A stretch of DNA of 40,419 nt from Bacillales bacterium UBA5578 (GTDB lineage: Bacteria > Bacillota_I > Bacilli_A > RF39 > UBA660): NCBI GenBank assembly GCA_002425325.1, contig DIMA01000012.1, positions 24,341 to 64,759 on the forward strand. Reading direction: 5' to 3'. Position numbers and translations under genes: made by a program. This document shows, one piece after another, positions 39,540-40,419 of the stretch. A model generated the notes under the pieces. That model did no database searches. It was not told the DNA's origin and worked only from the letters and a program-made list of their open reading frames with translations. The stretch's first letter is position 1. Every line of letters begins with the position of its first letter.

Positions 39540-40419
39540 TTACTGCCACAAGATGATAGAATTTCTTATCAAAAAAAATTAAATTTTATTATTAAAACAT
39601 AATTTCAAATCTACTCTCTTATCTTCATAAATGTATATTTTATCTATTAATTTTACTATTAAATCTCTGCTTGGATTTTCTTGATTTAAAAAATCACTAA
39701 TAAATTTTTTTACATATTCATCATAACCAATCACTTCATTATTTAAGGATTTTTCCATATCAAAATCACCTAAACTTCTTTTTAAGTTTTCTATTTTTTC
39801 TTCGAGTTTTTCTTTTACGCGATTATACATTTCTTCATTTATCTTTCCACTTATTTTGTCAATATATGCATCATCTAAATTTAATATTGTTTTATCTAGT
39901 TCTTTTTTTAATTTTTCTTTTTTTATTTGTTTTTTCTTTTTTTCCTTTTCTATATTTATTTTTTTTACTTCTGATGATATTTTATTAATACTAATATTTT
40001 TTTTGCACTCATTAATTAATTTTTCTAAAATACATTTTTCTAGTTTATCATAATTATTACTGTGTGTTGTACATACATGTTGCTTCATAAATGCTCTATA
40101 ATGATTACATATTGTATAGCACTGATTATTATCTTTCCTTCTCGAAGTAACTGATATACGATGACCGCAGTTTCCACAATACAATAATCCATCAAGTAAA
40201 TGATTTTCTTTTTTTTCTTTTCTTCCAACATTTTTAGGTACTAATTTTTGTGCTTCAAAAAATACTTCTTTATCAATTATTGGTTCATGAGTTTTAGAAA
40301 CAATTATGTAATTACAAGGATTGTTTCTAACAATTTTATTTACTTTATAACTAACTTTCCTTCTTTTCCCTTGAACCATGTCACCAATATATATTTGATT
40401 TTTTATTATATCTTCTATT
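39540..40419 (-). mobile_element. End of an integrated serine-recombinase element (att junction near 39540)
   Basis: Recombinase gene ends about 40 bp from an abruptly truncated chromosomal gene; the rest of the element lies beyond the window. Confidence 0.65.
39579..40419 (-). CDS. Large serine recombinase/integrase (C-terminal part; 5' end off the window)
   Basis: Frame is open to the window edge: IEDIIKNQIYIGDMVQGK, THEPIIDKEVF (recombinase domain), LLDGLLYCGNCG...YTIC...C (zinc ribbon), coiled coil, LIDKIYIYEDK. Confidence 0.92.
   Translation of the reverse strand, partial: IEDIIKNQIYIGDMVQGKRRKVSYKVNKIVRNNPCNYIIVSKTHEPIIDKEVFFEAQKLVPKNVGRKEKKENHLLDGLLYCGNCGHRISVTSRRKDNNQCYTICNHYRAFMKQHVCTTHSNNYDKLEKCILEKLINECKKNISINKISSEVKKINIEKEKKKKQIKKEKLKKELDKTILNLDDAYIDKISGKINEEMYNRVKEKLEEKIENLKRSLGDFDMEKSLNNEVIGYDEYVKKFISDFLNQENPSRDLIVKLIDKIYIYEDKRVDLKLCFNNKI

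Noticed and set aside
827..40053. Short ORF-track entries antisense to or out of frame within genes (e.g. 827..1171, 2984..3178, 5155..5376, 8430..8624, 19472..19687, 20021..20308, 20386..20574, 21209..21445, 22330..22704, 23127..23423, 24137..24334, 24864..25220, 28109..28390, 28461..28739, 28534..28761, 39856..40053)
   Set aside because: They overlap well-supported genes, show no motifs and have the composition of shadow frames.
1..40419. CRISPR arrays, tRNA/rRNA genes, IS transposases, phage structural genes
   Set aside because: None seen on reading; intergenic spaces are short and show no repeat-spacer periodicity or cloverleaf motifs.

Overview
Very AT-rich chromosomal segment. It uses the standard code: TGA is a stop (13559..14086 ends in TGA) and Trp is TGG. 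FemAB and three D,D-carboxypeptidases indicate a peptidoglycan-bearing Firmicute, and the gene content and protein style suggest an uncultured reduced-genome Bacilli such as the RF39 group (inference). Most genes lie on the minus strand. They include housekeeping genes (rpsL-rpsG-fusA-tuf, topA, uvrA, pyk, yqeG-yqeH, ttcA-like), transporters (MntP, ZIP, aquaporin, MacB-like ABC), regulators (two TetR, an OmpR-family two-component pair, a hybrid kinase, NrtR-like) and lipid-scavenging genes. The most notable feature is at the right end and is missing from the ORF track. A large serine recombinase gene stops about 40 bp before a start-less 45-codon His/Cys-rich fragment that resembles the C-terminal half of a CotD-like spore coat protein. 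This suggests a skin/SPbeta-like element interrupting a sporulation gene. Other unannotated signals: (1) a structured RNA behind three 11-bp-phased OmpR/PhoP-type boxes next to the two-component genes; (2) a second promoter-hairpin-terminator unit with no ORF; (3) a 51-aa membrane microprotein; (4) a Pro-to-Ile change at a streptomycin-related position of S12; (5) a 22-bp inverted repeat at the left edge. All family assignments come from motif recognition, not database searches.
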